DNA of 63,535 nucleotides, counting the filler, from Octopus bimaculoides (taxonomy: Eukaryota), in the NCBI RefSeq assembly GCF_001194135.2. It is 7 parts of 7 records of this genome, joined end to end, with 100 filler letters (N's around TTAATTAATTAA, not from the genome) between each part and the next. Parts side by side here need not be neighbours in the genome. Positions count along the whole stretch, not along the records: positions 49,775 to 60,158 come from NC_068991.1; positions 60,259 to 62,346 come from NW_026404666.1; positions 62,447 to 63,535 come from NW_026426903.1; 4 more parts are not named here. One strand, 5' to 3'. Each line of letters starts with the position of its first letter. Within the stretch, counting starts at the first letter, position 1. The notes under the pieces are model-generated. The model was not told where the DNA came from. It made no database searches and saw only the letters and a program-made list of their open reading frames with translations. Shown one piece after another: positions 53,712 through 63,535 of the stretch. Made by a program: the position numbers and the translations under genes.

Positions 53712-54035
53712 GCAATGTGATTATATTGCCGCAGAAATTCTCGCCCAGCCTCTTCTGGATCTCGAAGACTATTTGGACGCGAGTGAAGAAAGTACGTTGT
53801 ATGATTTCCTTGGGTATGATTTTCCTCACGCCTCGATGTAATGATTAACCATCCTGTACATCGTTTCGATAAAAACGATTGCATTTACTCTAATGTCTTA
53901 TAAGGAGGACTAGGCGTTAGCACTTGACCTCGACTCTGACAGACCGAGGACCATATGCTTCGTTGCATTTTTAGTGCGCATCACTTTTCACAGCTCAACG
54001 TTTTCATGCAGAAAGCAGCAAATACCAGCCAGCGT
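53712..54035 (-). mobile_element. Tc1/mariner (DD37D-like) transposase remnant, catalytic region, interrupted by a SINE
   Basis: Minus-strand pieces KVMRTKNATKHMVLG, VNAIVFIETMYRMVNHYI and IQKRLGENFCGNIIT follow the order of maT-type VMxTKxPASVMVLG / VNAxxYIxVLxxVVKPWI / TQxWLxENFxxHIT; a family-A SINE abuts at ~53711. Confidence 0.55.
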
Positions 54036-55928
54036 TTGTCGGTAATAGAGAAGGGTAGGCACTGTTCATAAAACTTTTTCGCATCTTACTCAAGCATTGA
54101 GATGTTGTTTAGAACCTTTGTAGTAAGTCTTGTATACTAAGTATTCTTATGATTTTGATATTTGTTCACAGTTCAAGTTTTGGCTCAATAGAAAAACATA
54201 CTGTCTAAACACCTGAAAATAATCATACATTTTGATTCAAAATACTTGGTTTACAGATGTTTTGAAGCATTTTACATGAATTTCAGGATAATTCATTGCA
54301 TGTCTGGAGTTTCTCTTGAATCAAGAAATTGGCAGGTTTTCTGGTGACTCATAAACATATTTTCAGTCGTCTTTTCATAAGCGGAGAAAGAGCCTTTGGG
54401 CGTAATATTCAAAGGTTTTCTTTTATTCTTTTACTCGTTTCCGTTATTTGACTGTGGCCATGCTGGAGTACCCCTTGAAGGGTTTTACTCAAAGAAATCG
54501 ACTCCAGGGCTTATTCTTTGTAAGCTTAGTACTTATTCTATCGATATTCTTGCCGCACCGGTAAGTTACGGGGACGTAAACACAACGGCATCGGTTGTCA
54601 AGCGATGGTGGTGGAATAAACACAGACATACAAAAATACACACACACACACACACACACATACACACACACTCACGCATACACACATACACACACACACA
54701 CACCCACACACACACACACACACACATATATACGAATCCCCAAAACGGAACGAGAACATGACGGACGACATTGATAACATCCGGACAGATGGACGATACA
54801 AAGACAGGAATACCAGGACAGAAGATGCATATATATATATATATACGACGAGCTTTTTTTCAGTTTCCACTCCCAGGAGAGCTGCAAGAACGTCACAAAA
54901 AAAAACTGTTACTCAGAGTTTCACGTTCCTGTTCGTCGGGCAGTTGTAATCAGGAATGGAATAAAATTGTGATGNNNNNNNNNNNNNNNNNNNNNNNNNN
55001 NNNNNNNNNNNNNNNNNNNNNNNNNNNNNNNNNNNNNNNNNNNNNNNNNNNNNNNNNNNNNNNNNNNNNNNNNNNNNNNNNNNNNNNNNNNNNNNNNNNN
55101 NNNNNNNNNNNNNNNNNNNNNNNNNNNNNNNNNNNNNNNNNNNNNNNNNNNNNNNNNNNNNNNNNNNNNNNNNNNNNNNNNNNNNNNNNNNNNNNNNNNN
55201 NNNNNNNNNNNNNNNNNNNNNNNNNNNNNNNNNNNNNNNNNNNNNNNNNNNNNNNNNNNNNNNNNNNNNNNNNNNNNNNNNNNNNNNNNNNNNNNNNNNN
55301 NNNNNNNNNNNNNNNNNNNNNNNNNNNNNNNNNNNNNNNNNNNNNNNNNNNNNNNNNNNNNNNNNNNNNNNNNNNNNNNNNNNNNNNNNNNNNNNNNNNN
55401 NNNNNNNNNNNNNNNNNNNNNNNNNNNNNNNNNNNNNNNNNNNNNNNNNNNNNNNNNNNNNNNNNNNNNNNNNNNNNNNNNNNNNNNNNNNNNNNNNNNN
55501 NNNNNNNNNNNNNNNNNNNNNNNNNNNNNNNNNNNNNNNNNNNNNNNNNNNNNNNNNNNNNNNNNNNNNNNNNNNNNNNNNNNNNNNNNNNNNNNNNNNN
55601 NNNNNNNNNNNNNNNNNNNNNNNNNNNNNNNNNNNNNNNNNNNNNNNNNNNNNNNNNNNNNNNNNNNNNNNNNNNNNNNNNNNNNNNNNNNNNNNNNNNN
55701 NNNNNNNNNNNNNNNNNNNNNNNNNNNNNNNNNNNNNNNNNNNNNNNNNNNNNNNNNNNNNNNNNNNNNNNNNNNNNNNNNNNNNNNNNNNNNNNNNNNN
55801 NNNNNNNNNNNNNNNNNNNNNNNNNNNNNNNNNNNNNNNNNNNNNNNNNNNNNNNNNNNNNNNNNNNNNNTATACACATACATATACATATACATATGTG
55901 TATATATGCATATATATAGATACACACC

Positions 55929-55975
<47 letters not shown>

Positions 55976-56827
55976 TTATATATATATACATATACACATA
56001 CATATGCATATACATATGTGTATATATGCATATATATAGATACACACACTCACACAAAATTACATTTACATACAAGCAGATACACGCATATTCTATATCC
56101 ATATACACAACGTATATAATATGCACTGGTATTAGCCTGGCGTGCTGAATATATACAGTGAAATGAATTAATAAACTATTGATAACACTGAGGAGCGAAA
56201 GAAGCTTGAATCCTGGGTTGGGAAGTCTGTGGGTTATTAAAGATGAGAATAATTTGAAAGAAAATGAAATTAAAATTAAAATACAGAACACATAATTTTA
56301 CGTAATGTGAATATAAATATGAATATAAATTCGTTTTTGTTTAACCTTTGTAAGCCTAACTAGATGTGTCCGATAAGGTAAGGTGCATACAACAACAATA
56401 CAATATATATGTACGTGTGTGTGTGTGCATACATACATATGCATGTGTAAATGCACACATATCTATATATATACATATATGTGTACATATATACACACAC
56501 ATATACATAGATACATATACACACAAACAGATACATGTACATATATACGTAGACATCATTTATATACACAACTTTTATATAATTAATACATTTATATTAT
56601 TTTTTTTTAACGAATGAAGCTTTTAAATTGGGAGAGAATATGTGTAGGTCGTTAAATTTTAAAATAAGTTGAAAGAAAATAAAATTTGAATTTAAATTAT
56701 TAAGTTGTATGAAATATAAAATTTGAATTTAAATTATTAAGTTGTATGAAATATAAAATTAAAATTAGAGGGAAATATACATTATTCTATGTAAAGTGAG
56801 TATAAATCATTGGGTTTACTATCAGCG

Positions 56828-58358
56828 TTGCAAGTCTAAATATATGTGTTATTTAAGGCAACGTGTACACAACAATACAACAGAAATCATTTCCAGTATT
56901 AAATAGGGAGAGTATAAGTTAATTAATATTAATATTAATAATAATGATAGCTTTGGATATCCCTCAAAAAGTACATGACGAGCGATGAGTCTTATTTTCT
57001 GGGCATACGTTAAAAGATGCGGTAGGCAAAAGGCCGTATATAAAATTCAGTGCATTTAGTAGAGAGTCGAAGGGGTTTTGGAGTGGATGTCTGTTTTTCG
57101 GTGAAATAAAAGGAGCCGAAATTAAAGTTATGCGGTAGATGTTCGTCGACTTGAGCGAACTTAGCAAGTTCAAATGCCATTTTTTTTTTTGCGATCCATA
57201 TAGAAATGTTGGTTGGTTATCCTATACATGGAAGCGTGTCTTAAGTCAAGAGTTCTGACCTTTGACTTAAGGCGTATTTGTCCTGGAAGAGGATTAAGAA
57301 TTTGTCAGTCAGGCACAAATTAGACCTCATTGAACATCTATGCGCTTCGTGTCTGTATGGGGCTGCTTTTTCTAAAACGGACCATTAAATTTTGTGGAGA
57401 GGGTCTCCTTCCTTCAGCTACCATATATATTTAGCGAGACTCGTTACAGTTCTATTCTCCGGATATATAAAGGAATTTCTTGTGGGAATATAGTCTGGAT
57501 TTGAAGGAATTTTCCGTGGCACCTGTGTATGTCTTATATGTACCTGTGTTATCTATTTCTTTATGGCCCTATAGACAATTCCTTTCACCAGACAATTCCT
57601 TTTAGAAGGAAATTCTTTTTGCAGTTGTATTTAGGTTCGTTATTTATTTCGGCACTGTTGGCTTTACCAATATTCTTTGCGTTATGTTGGTTAATTAAAG
57701 AGGCGAAGTTCTTACAAGAATAGCTAACCTTCAACATCCTCCCGTTAAAAATTCTATGGTATTTGTAGTTGGAAGTGTTTGGAAATTAGTCATAGTTTTT
57801 TTACGGTGATATTGAAGGTCGGATCAAACCATAAAACTCTCTTGGTTCTAATCCTGCGTGTTCTATTACGAGCATTTTCGTTTTGCTATACTGGATCTTC
57901 TCCGAGAATCCATTGTTTCTTAATGAGTCATTATCGTACTGCGCCGCATTTCGAAACGCCGTCTCGTCCGAAGATATTGATGATATGAGCCTTCCTATTT
58001 TGCTAACTATATTCTTGGGGATTGCAGGTAGAACCTTCAACTATCTATAAACTATCTAACGCTTCAATTCATTTAAACGTACCCCTCCAACAACTATGAA
58101 TTTTGTATATGGCGTTTTGCCTACCGCATCTTTTAACGATAATTTTAAATGTATGCCCAGAAAATAAGACTCATCGCTCGTCTATTTTCCTTTTTTTTTT
58201 TGTTAAGGTTATCCAAAGTTCTCATTATTTTTGATATTGATACTAATTAACTTATACTCTCCCTATTTAATTCCGGAAATGATTTCTCTTGTATTGTTTT
58301 ATTGTTTCATTGCTGTGTATACCTTGTCTTAAAGAACACATATAGTTAGACCTGCAAG
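56828..58358. repeat. Long inverted repeat (arms ~56828-57078 and ~58080-58358) flanking the Penelope-like remnant
   Basis: gacgagcgatgagtcttattttctgggcatac...aaaagatgcggtaggcaaaa at ~56980-57030 is the reverse complement of ttttgcctaccgcatcttttaacg...gtatgcccagaaaataagactcatcgctcgtc at ~58115-58182; homology extends to ttgcaagtctaaatatatgtgtt / aacacatatagttagacctgcaag. Confidence 0.9.
57200..58045 (-). mobile_element. Penelope-like retroelement remnant (RT C-terminus + GIY-YIG endonuclease), frameshifted and with stops
   Basis: Minus-strand translation gives IPKNIVSKIGRLISSISSDETAFRNAAQY.NDSLRNNGFSEKIQY, then RVLWFDPTFN, HRIFNGRMLKVSYSC, GNCLVKGIVYRA, KTYTGATENSFKSRLYSHK, TSLAKYIW, WSVLEKAAPY and NLCLTDKFLIL. 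This motif order is typical of Penelope-like ORFs. Confidence 0.85.
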
Positions 58359-58620
58359 TCTGAAAGAAAATCCATTAATTTATATTCACATTACATAGAA
58401 TAATGTATTTTTTCTACACTAATTTTAATTTTATAACTGTATACTTTTACAATTAAACACACGTATCCACATCAAGAATCTTGCACGCGAAATACACATA
58501 CGAAATATGTATACTTTTAGTTTTAATTTCATTTTGTTTCATCTTATTTCAAACTTTAATGACCTTCAAATTTTCTCTCCCAAATTGAAAGCTTCATTCC
58601 TGAACAAAAATGTATAAACA

Positions 58621-58786
58621 CAGTAGACCCTCGCCGTACCAGTCGCGACTGGTTCAATAATTTCAAGAAACGGACTGCTGTTCATAGCATCGTCAGGTAT
58701 GGAGAAGCCGCAGGTCATGTGGAGGGCAAACGCATTAATGCCTGTGTTACCAGGCAATTCTTCGCCGTGTGGGCCAATGAAAGCCT
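58621..58786 (+). mobile_element. pogo/Tigger-like transposase fragment
   Basis: CAGTAGACCCTCG (Tigger-like terminus) followed by SRDWFNNFKKRTAVHSIVRYGEAA, matching the pogo/Tigger CENP-B-type motif SRGWFxxFKKRxGIHxxxxHGEAAS; runs into a gap. Confidence 0.7.
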
Positions 58787-59648
58787 NNNNNNNNNNNNNN
58801 NNNNNNNNNNNNNNNNNNNNNNNNNNNNNNNNNNNNNNNNNNNNNNNNNNNNNNNNNNNNNNNNNNNNNNNNNNNNNNNNNNNNNNNNNNNNNNNNNNNN
58901 NNNNNNNNNNNNNNNNNNNNNNNNNNNNNNNNNNNNNNNNNNNNNNNNNNNNNNNNNNNNNNNNNNNNNNNNNNNNNNNNNNNNNNNNNNNNNNNNNNNN
59001 NNNNNNNNNNNNNNNNNNNNNNNNNNNNNNNNNNNNNNNNNNNNNNNNNNNNNNNNNNNNNNNNNNNNNNNNNNNNNNNNNNNNNNNNNNNNNNNNNNNN
59101 NNNNNNNNNNNNNNNNNNNNNNNNNNNNNNNNNNNNNNNNNNNNNNNNNNNNNNNNNNNNNNNNNNNNNNNNNNNNNNNNNNNNNNNNNNNNNNNNNNNN
59201 NNNNNNNNNNNNNNNNNNNNNNNNNNNNNNNNNNNNNNNNNNNNNNNNNNNNNNNNNNNNNNNNNNNNNNNNNNNNNNNNNNNNNNNNNNNNNNNNNNNN
59301 NNNNNNNNNNNNNNNNNNNNNNNNNNNNNNNNNNNNNNNNNNNNNNNNNNNNNNNNNNNNNNNNNNNNNNNNNNNNNNNNNNNNNNNNNNNNNNNNNNNN
59401 NNNNNNNNNNNNNNNNNNNNNNNNNNNNNNNNNNNNNNNNNNNNNNNNNNNNNNNNNNNNNNNNNNNNNNNNNNNNNNNNNNNNNNNNNNNNNNNNNNNN
59501 NNNNNNNNNNNNNNNNNNNNNNNNNNNNNNNNNNNNNNNNNNNNNNNNNNNNNNNNNNNNNNNNNNNNNNNNNNNNNNNNNNNNNNNNNNNNNNNNNNNN
59601 NNNNNNNNNNNNNNNNNNNNNNNNNNNNNNNNNNNNNNNNNNNNNNNN

Positions 59649-59705
<57 letters not shown>

Positions 59706-60123
59706 GGCGCGTGGCATTATGTTTAAGCATAATCGGCTCAAGATCGTAAATTTGTGAGTTCGATTTCCGGCACGTTGTTTCCTTGAAGAAGGCATTTTAT
59801 CTCACGTACTCCAGACCATTCGGCATGCAAAAGGATTTTCACCTGTAATTCAAAGTGCCTTGTGACACTCTGTGTCTCGCTGAATCTCCTCCAGAACTAC
59901 GTTAAGGGTACGCTTGTCTGAGGAGTCTCCACGAAATGCACCTTAATTTCACTAGCAGGCTGTTCCGTTGGTCAGGTCAACTTGAGCACTGGTCATCGTA
60001 ACTCATGGAGTGCCAGTTATGTATGTATGTATGTATGTATGTACCTGTACATTTAAGATACTTAATATATATCAAATGGTGACATATGTACATGTGCGTA
60101 CAAACATATAGATATATATATAC

Positions 60124-60158
<35 letters not shown>

Positions 60159-60299
60159 NNNNNNNNNNNNNNNNNNNNNNNNNNNNNNNNNNNNNNNNNN
60201 NNTTAATTAATTAANNNNNNNNNNNNNNNNNNNNNNNNNNNNNNNNNNNNNNNNNNNNAAAGAGGACAAATAGAACTCAAAACCTGAGTATGTCTTTTT

Positions 60300-60730
60300 T
60301 ATCTTTTACTTGTTTCAGTCGCTCGACATCGCCCATGCTGGGGCAACTGTGTGAAGAATTTTATTCGAATGAATCGACCTTAGTGCTTGGTTCCTTCTTC
60401 AGTCTGGTAGTCAGTCTATCGGACACCTTTGACGAACAGCTCAGTTACTGAGACGCAGACACACCAGCACCAGTGGGGGACAAACACAAAGACGCACACA
60501 TACACACACTTGCGCGCACATACGCGCATACATGCACATATATATACACACACACATATATGGGGTGGGGGTGGGACTACTTTCACTTTCCGTCTTCCAT
60601 ATCCACTCACTAGGTTTTGGTCGGCCCGAGGCTAAAGAAGATACTTGCCCAAAAGTGCCACGCGGTGGGATTGAACCCGGAACCATGTGGTTGTGGAGCA
60701 AGATTTTTACCATACAGCGACGCCTGCGCC
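60300..60730 (-). mobile_element. tRNA-derived SINE family B, near full length
   Basis: Minus strand starts GGCGCAGGCGTCGCTGTATGGTAA (A-box-like) ... CCACATGGTTCCGGGTTCAATCCCACCG (B-box); shared body CCTCGGGCCGACCAAA...GACGGAAA.TGAAAG and tail GACTGAAACAAGTAAAAG. Confidence 0.85.
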
Positions 60731-62747
60731 CCTCCTACTCATAATTTCTTTCTTAATATTTATCAGAAGAAATAGAGTGATTCAAGGATCTAGAGGTTCA
60801 GGCGTTTGCACACATACGTACATACATGCATACATCCATGCATACATCCATGCATACATACATACATACAACAATACCCTGTTGTTGATGTTGAAATTCC
60901 AACGAAGAAGCCTTAAATCTAGGTTAGAAACCGACTCTTTCTTCATTGGCAAGAAATCTTGAAATAAAACTGAACAATGACATACATACGTACGTACGTA
61001 CATACATCTATACATGCGTAAATATATACATACATACATACATACATACATACATGCATGCGTACGTAGATACATGCACACATACATACGTNNNNNNNNN
61101 NNNNNNNNNNNNNNNNNNNNNNNNNNNNNNNNNNNNNNNNNNNNNNNNNNNNNNNNNNNNNNNNNNNNNNNNNNNNNNNNNNNNNNNNNNNNNNNNNNNN
61201 NNNNNNNNNNNNNNNNNNNNNNNNNNNNNNNNNNNNNNNNNNNNNNNNNNNNNNNNNNNNNNNNNNNNNNNNNNNNNNNNNNNNNNNNNNNNNNNNNNNN
61301 NNNNNNNNNNNNNNNNNNNNNNNNNNNNNNNNNNNNNNNNNNNNNNNNNNNNNNNNNNNNNNNNNNNNNNNNNNNNNNNNNNNNNNNNNNNNNNNNNNNN
61401 NNNNNNNNNNNNNNNNNNNNNNNNNNNNNNNNNNNNNNNNNNNNNNNNNNNNNNNNNNNNNNNNNNNNNNNNNNNNNNNNNNNNNNNNNNNNNNNNNNNN
61501 NNNNNNNNNNNNNNNNNNNNNNNNNNNNNNNNNNNNNNNNNNNNNNNNNNNNNNNNNNNNNNNNNNNNNNNNNNNNNNNNNNNNNNNNNNNNNNNNNNNN
61601 NNNNNNNNNNNNNNNNNNNNNNNNNNNNNNNNNNNNNNNNNNNNNNNNNNNNNNNNNNNNNNNNNNNNNNNNNNNNNNNNNNNNNNNNNNNNNNNNNNNN
61701 NNNNNNNNNNNNNNNNNNNNNNNNNNNNNNNNNNNNNNNNNNNNNNNNNNNNNNNNNNNNNNNNNNNNNNNNNNNNNNNNNNNNNNNNNNNNNNNNNNNN
61801 NNNNNNNNNNNNNNNNNNNNNNNNCCTCAACGTGCCCTCTTCAGGTCCTTAGGCCAGATATTTAGCTAGTATAAATAATGTTGAGAAAGAAGGGGACTTG
61901 TTTTCTCTCAATCTAAACATCATGTCAATCAGATATGATTACTCAATCTGAGAATTGAAGTTCTCTGTGGAGAGCGAGAAAGCGAGAGAGAAAAAGAGAG
62001 AGAGTGAGAGAGAGAGGGTGAAACAGGGAGAGAGAACGGATCCAAGTGCACATGGCCGCAGGCTTGGAGCAGTCCACATCAGCTCTTATTAATAACAGCC
62101 AAATCTACCCTTGTGGGCAACTGTACGAAGCAATCGTTAATAACAACTGATGCTTCTTTCTCGAAATATGTGTATGTATGTATGGGTGTGTATATGTGTG
62201 TGTATTTGCGTATGTGTGTATATATATATGTGTGTGTGTATGTGTGTATATGTGTGTGTATGTGCGTTTGTGTGTATATATATATATGTGTGTGTGTGTA
62301 CGTATGTATCTATGTGTATATAAACCGGCATATATATATATATATANNNNNNNNNNNNNNNNNNNNNNNNNNNNNNNNNNNNNNNNNNNNTTAATTAATT
62401 AANNNNNNNNNNNNNNNNNNNNNNNNNNNNNNNNNNNNNNNNNNNNCTTACTCTACAATGTTATTCTAAAATAATAAACAATCATATTGAAATCTCAAAG
62501 CTATGAAATAATGCATGTCTGATTCAAATCAATGTGAATGAAATAAATGAATAAACATTACATTTGACAGAGAAATCTGATTGCTAAAAGGCTTAAGTCC
62601 TTTGCTGGGAAGAATAACAGAATAGCTGACAAGGCAATAAGTGAGCCTCGTAGTCCTAACCCTATTAAAATAGCAGCCAAAGAATTTCTTAGAAAATTAC
62701 TATTTTNNNNNNNNNNATCTTACAACATGAGATATTCAGCAACAGTA

Positions 62748-63028
62748 CTTTGTAGCAAAGATTGTATGCCAACATTACATGGCAATCCTGGTTTAGGACT
62801 AATGTTGCTGTAATTTAGTCCTAGGCGACATTGTCTCTAGCTGGCTATACCACACGATCTGTGTCCTTACATTTTCGAACAAGGGAATCTTGTCTCCTGG
62901 GGCTAAATTACAGCAACACTAGTCCTAAACCAGGACTGCCNNNNNNNNNNCCTGGGGCTAAATTACAGCAACACTAGTCCTAAACCAGGACTGCCATGTT
63001 GTATTGGCAAACAATCTTTATTACAAAG
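62748..63028. repeat. Inverted-repeat (MITE-like) element, arms ~80 bp
   Basis: ctttgtagcaaagattgt...cctggtttaggacta.tgttgctgtaatttag pairs with ctaaattacagcaacactagtcctaaaccagg...acaatctttattacaaag; part of the right arm is duplicated across a 10-N gap. Confidence 0.85.
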
Positions 63029-63059
63029 AATTTCTTGTTTTAAAAAAGGAGTACATACT

Positions 63060-63190
63060 GGATAGTATGTCATCATTTATGGATAGTATGTCATCATTTA
63101 TGGATAGTNNNNNNNNNNGTCATCATTTATGGATAGTATGTCATCATTTATGGATAGTATGTCATCATACTGGATAGTATGTCATCATTT
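63060..63190. repeat. 21-bp minisatellite (GGATAGTATGTCATCATTTAT), about 6 units
   Basis: Direct tandem units interrupted by a short N run. Confidence 0.9.
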
Positions 63191-63319
63191 TTATGGCCAC
63201 TTTTCTATGCTTGCATAGGTCAGACAGAACTTTGTTGGTGTATTTCCTACAGTCAGGTGCCTTTCCTACTGTCACCCCTCACTTGCATCCAAGTAAAGTA
63301 ATATTTCCTTGGCTTTAAG

Positions 63320-63448
63320 AAGGGTGTCCAGCCAAAGAAACCATGTCAAATCAAACTGGAACTTGGTGCAGCTTTCTGGCTTGCCAGCCCTGATCCAACT
63401 GTTCAACCCATACCAGCATGGAAAACGGATGTTAAATGATGATGATGA
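63320..63448 (+). mobile_element. 3' end of a short retroposon with a (GAT)n tail
   Basis: ...cccataccagcatggaaaacggatgttaaatgatgatgatga; recognised from memory as a common octopus retroposon 3' end, single copy here. Confidence 0.5.
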
Positions 63449-63535
63449 ACTAGACATGCTTTCAAGGAAGATTTGGAATGAAGGACATAGTTTGCATGAT
63501 GGTGACATCCATTTACAACAATCACACAATGTCAA

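Noticed and set aside
53712-53840. Plus-strand frame EILAQPLLDLEDYLDASEESTLYDFLG as an exon
   Set aside because: Better explained as the antisense of a mariner transposase remnant.
54871-54974. Possible C-terminal exon (G)ELQERHKKKLLLRV...QEWNKIVM after cccag
   Set aside because: Only a 4-5 residue resemblance to the TRPC coiled-coil region; no donor visible because of the gap; cannot be supported.

Overview
AT-rich, microsatellite-saturated eukaryotic intronic/intergenic DNA from a draft assembly. Roughly a fifth of the window is N gaps, and six 100-bp artificial joins of the form N44-TTAATTAATTAA-N44 are present. The SINE families resemble those I recall from octopus genomes, so a coleoid cephalopod source is likely (inference). 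Almost all ORFs in the supplied track are microsatellite or N-gap artefacts. The one supportable gene is a + strand TRPC-family cation channel with six GT-AG exons between 33639 and 43242 and consistent splice phases. They encode the last ankyrin repeat and Zn-binding TRP_2 domain, the pre-S1 region, S3-S4, S5, the pore and S6. The N-terminal ankyrin exons, the S1/S2 exon(s) and the TRP-box/C-terminal exons were not found in called sequence. The channel is divergent: pore helix LTW instead of LFW, a long post-filter loop, an altered S4-S5 linker, and a Cys-pair/N-glycan S3-S4 loop. The rest is transposon-derived: at least four SINE families, Tc1/mariner and pogo/Tigger remnants, a hAT-type MITE, a Penelope-like (RT + GIY-YIG) remnant flanked by inverted repeats, two minimal hammerhead-ribozyme-like motifs, and many unrelated long inverted repeats, one a near-perfect 435-bp palindrome inside the channel gene. 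I did not find a convincingly new multi-gene system. The best leads are the divergent channel and the dsRNA-forming elements in its introns.
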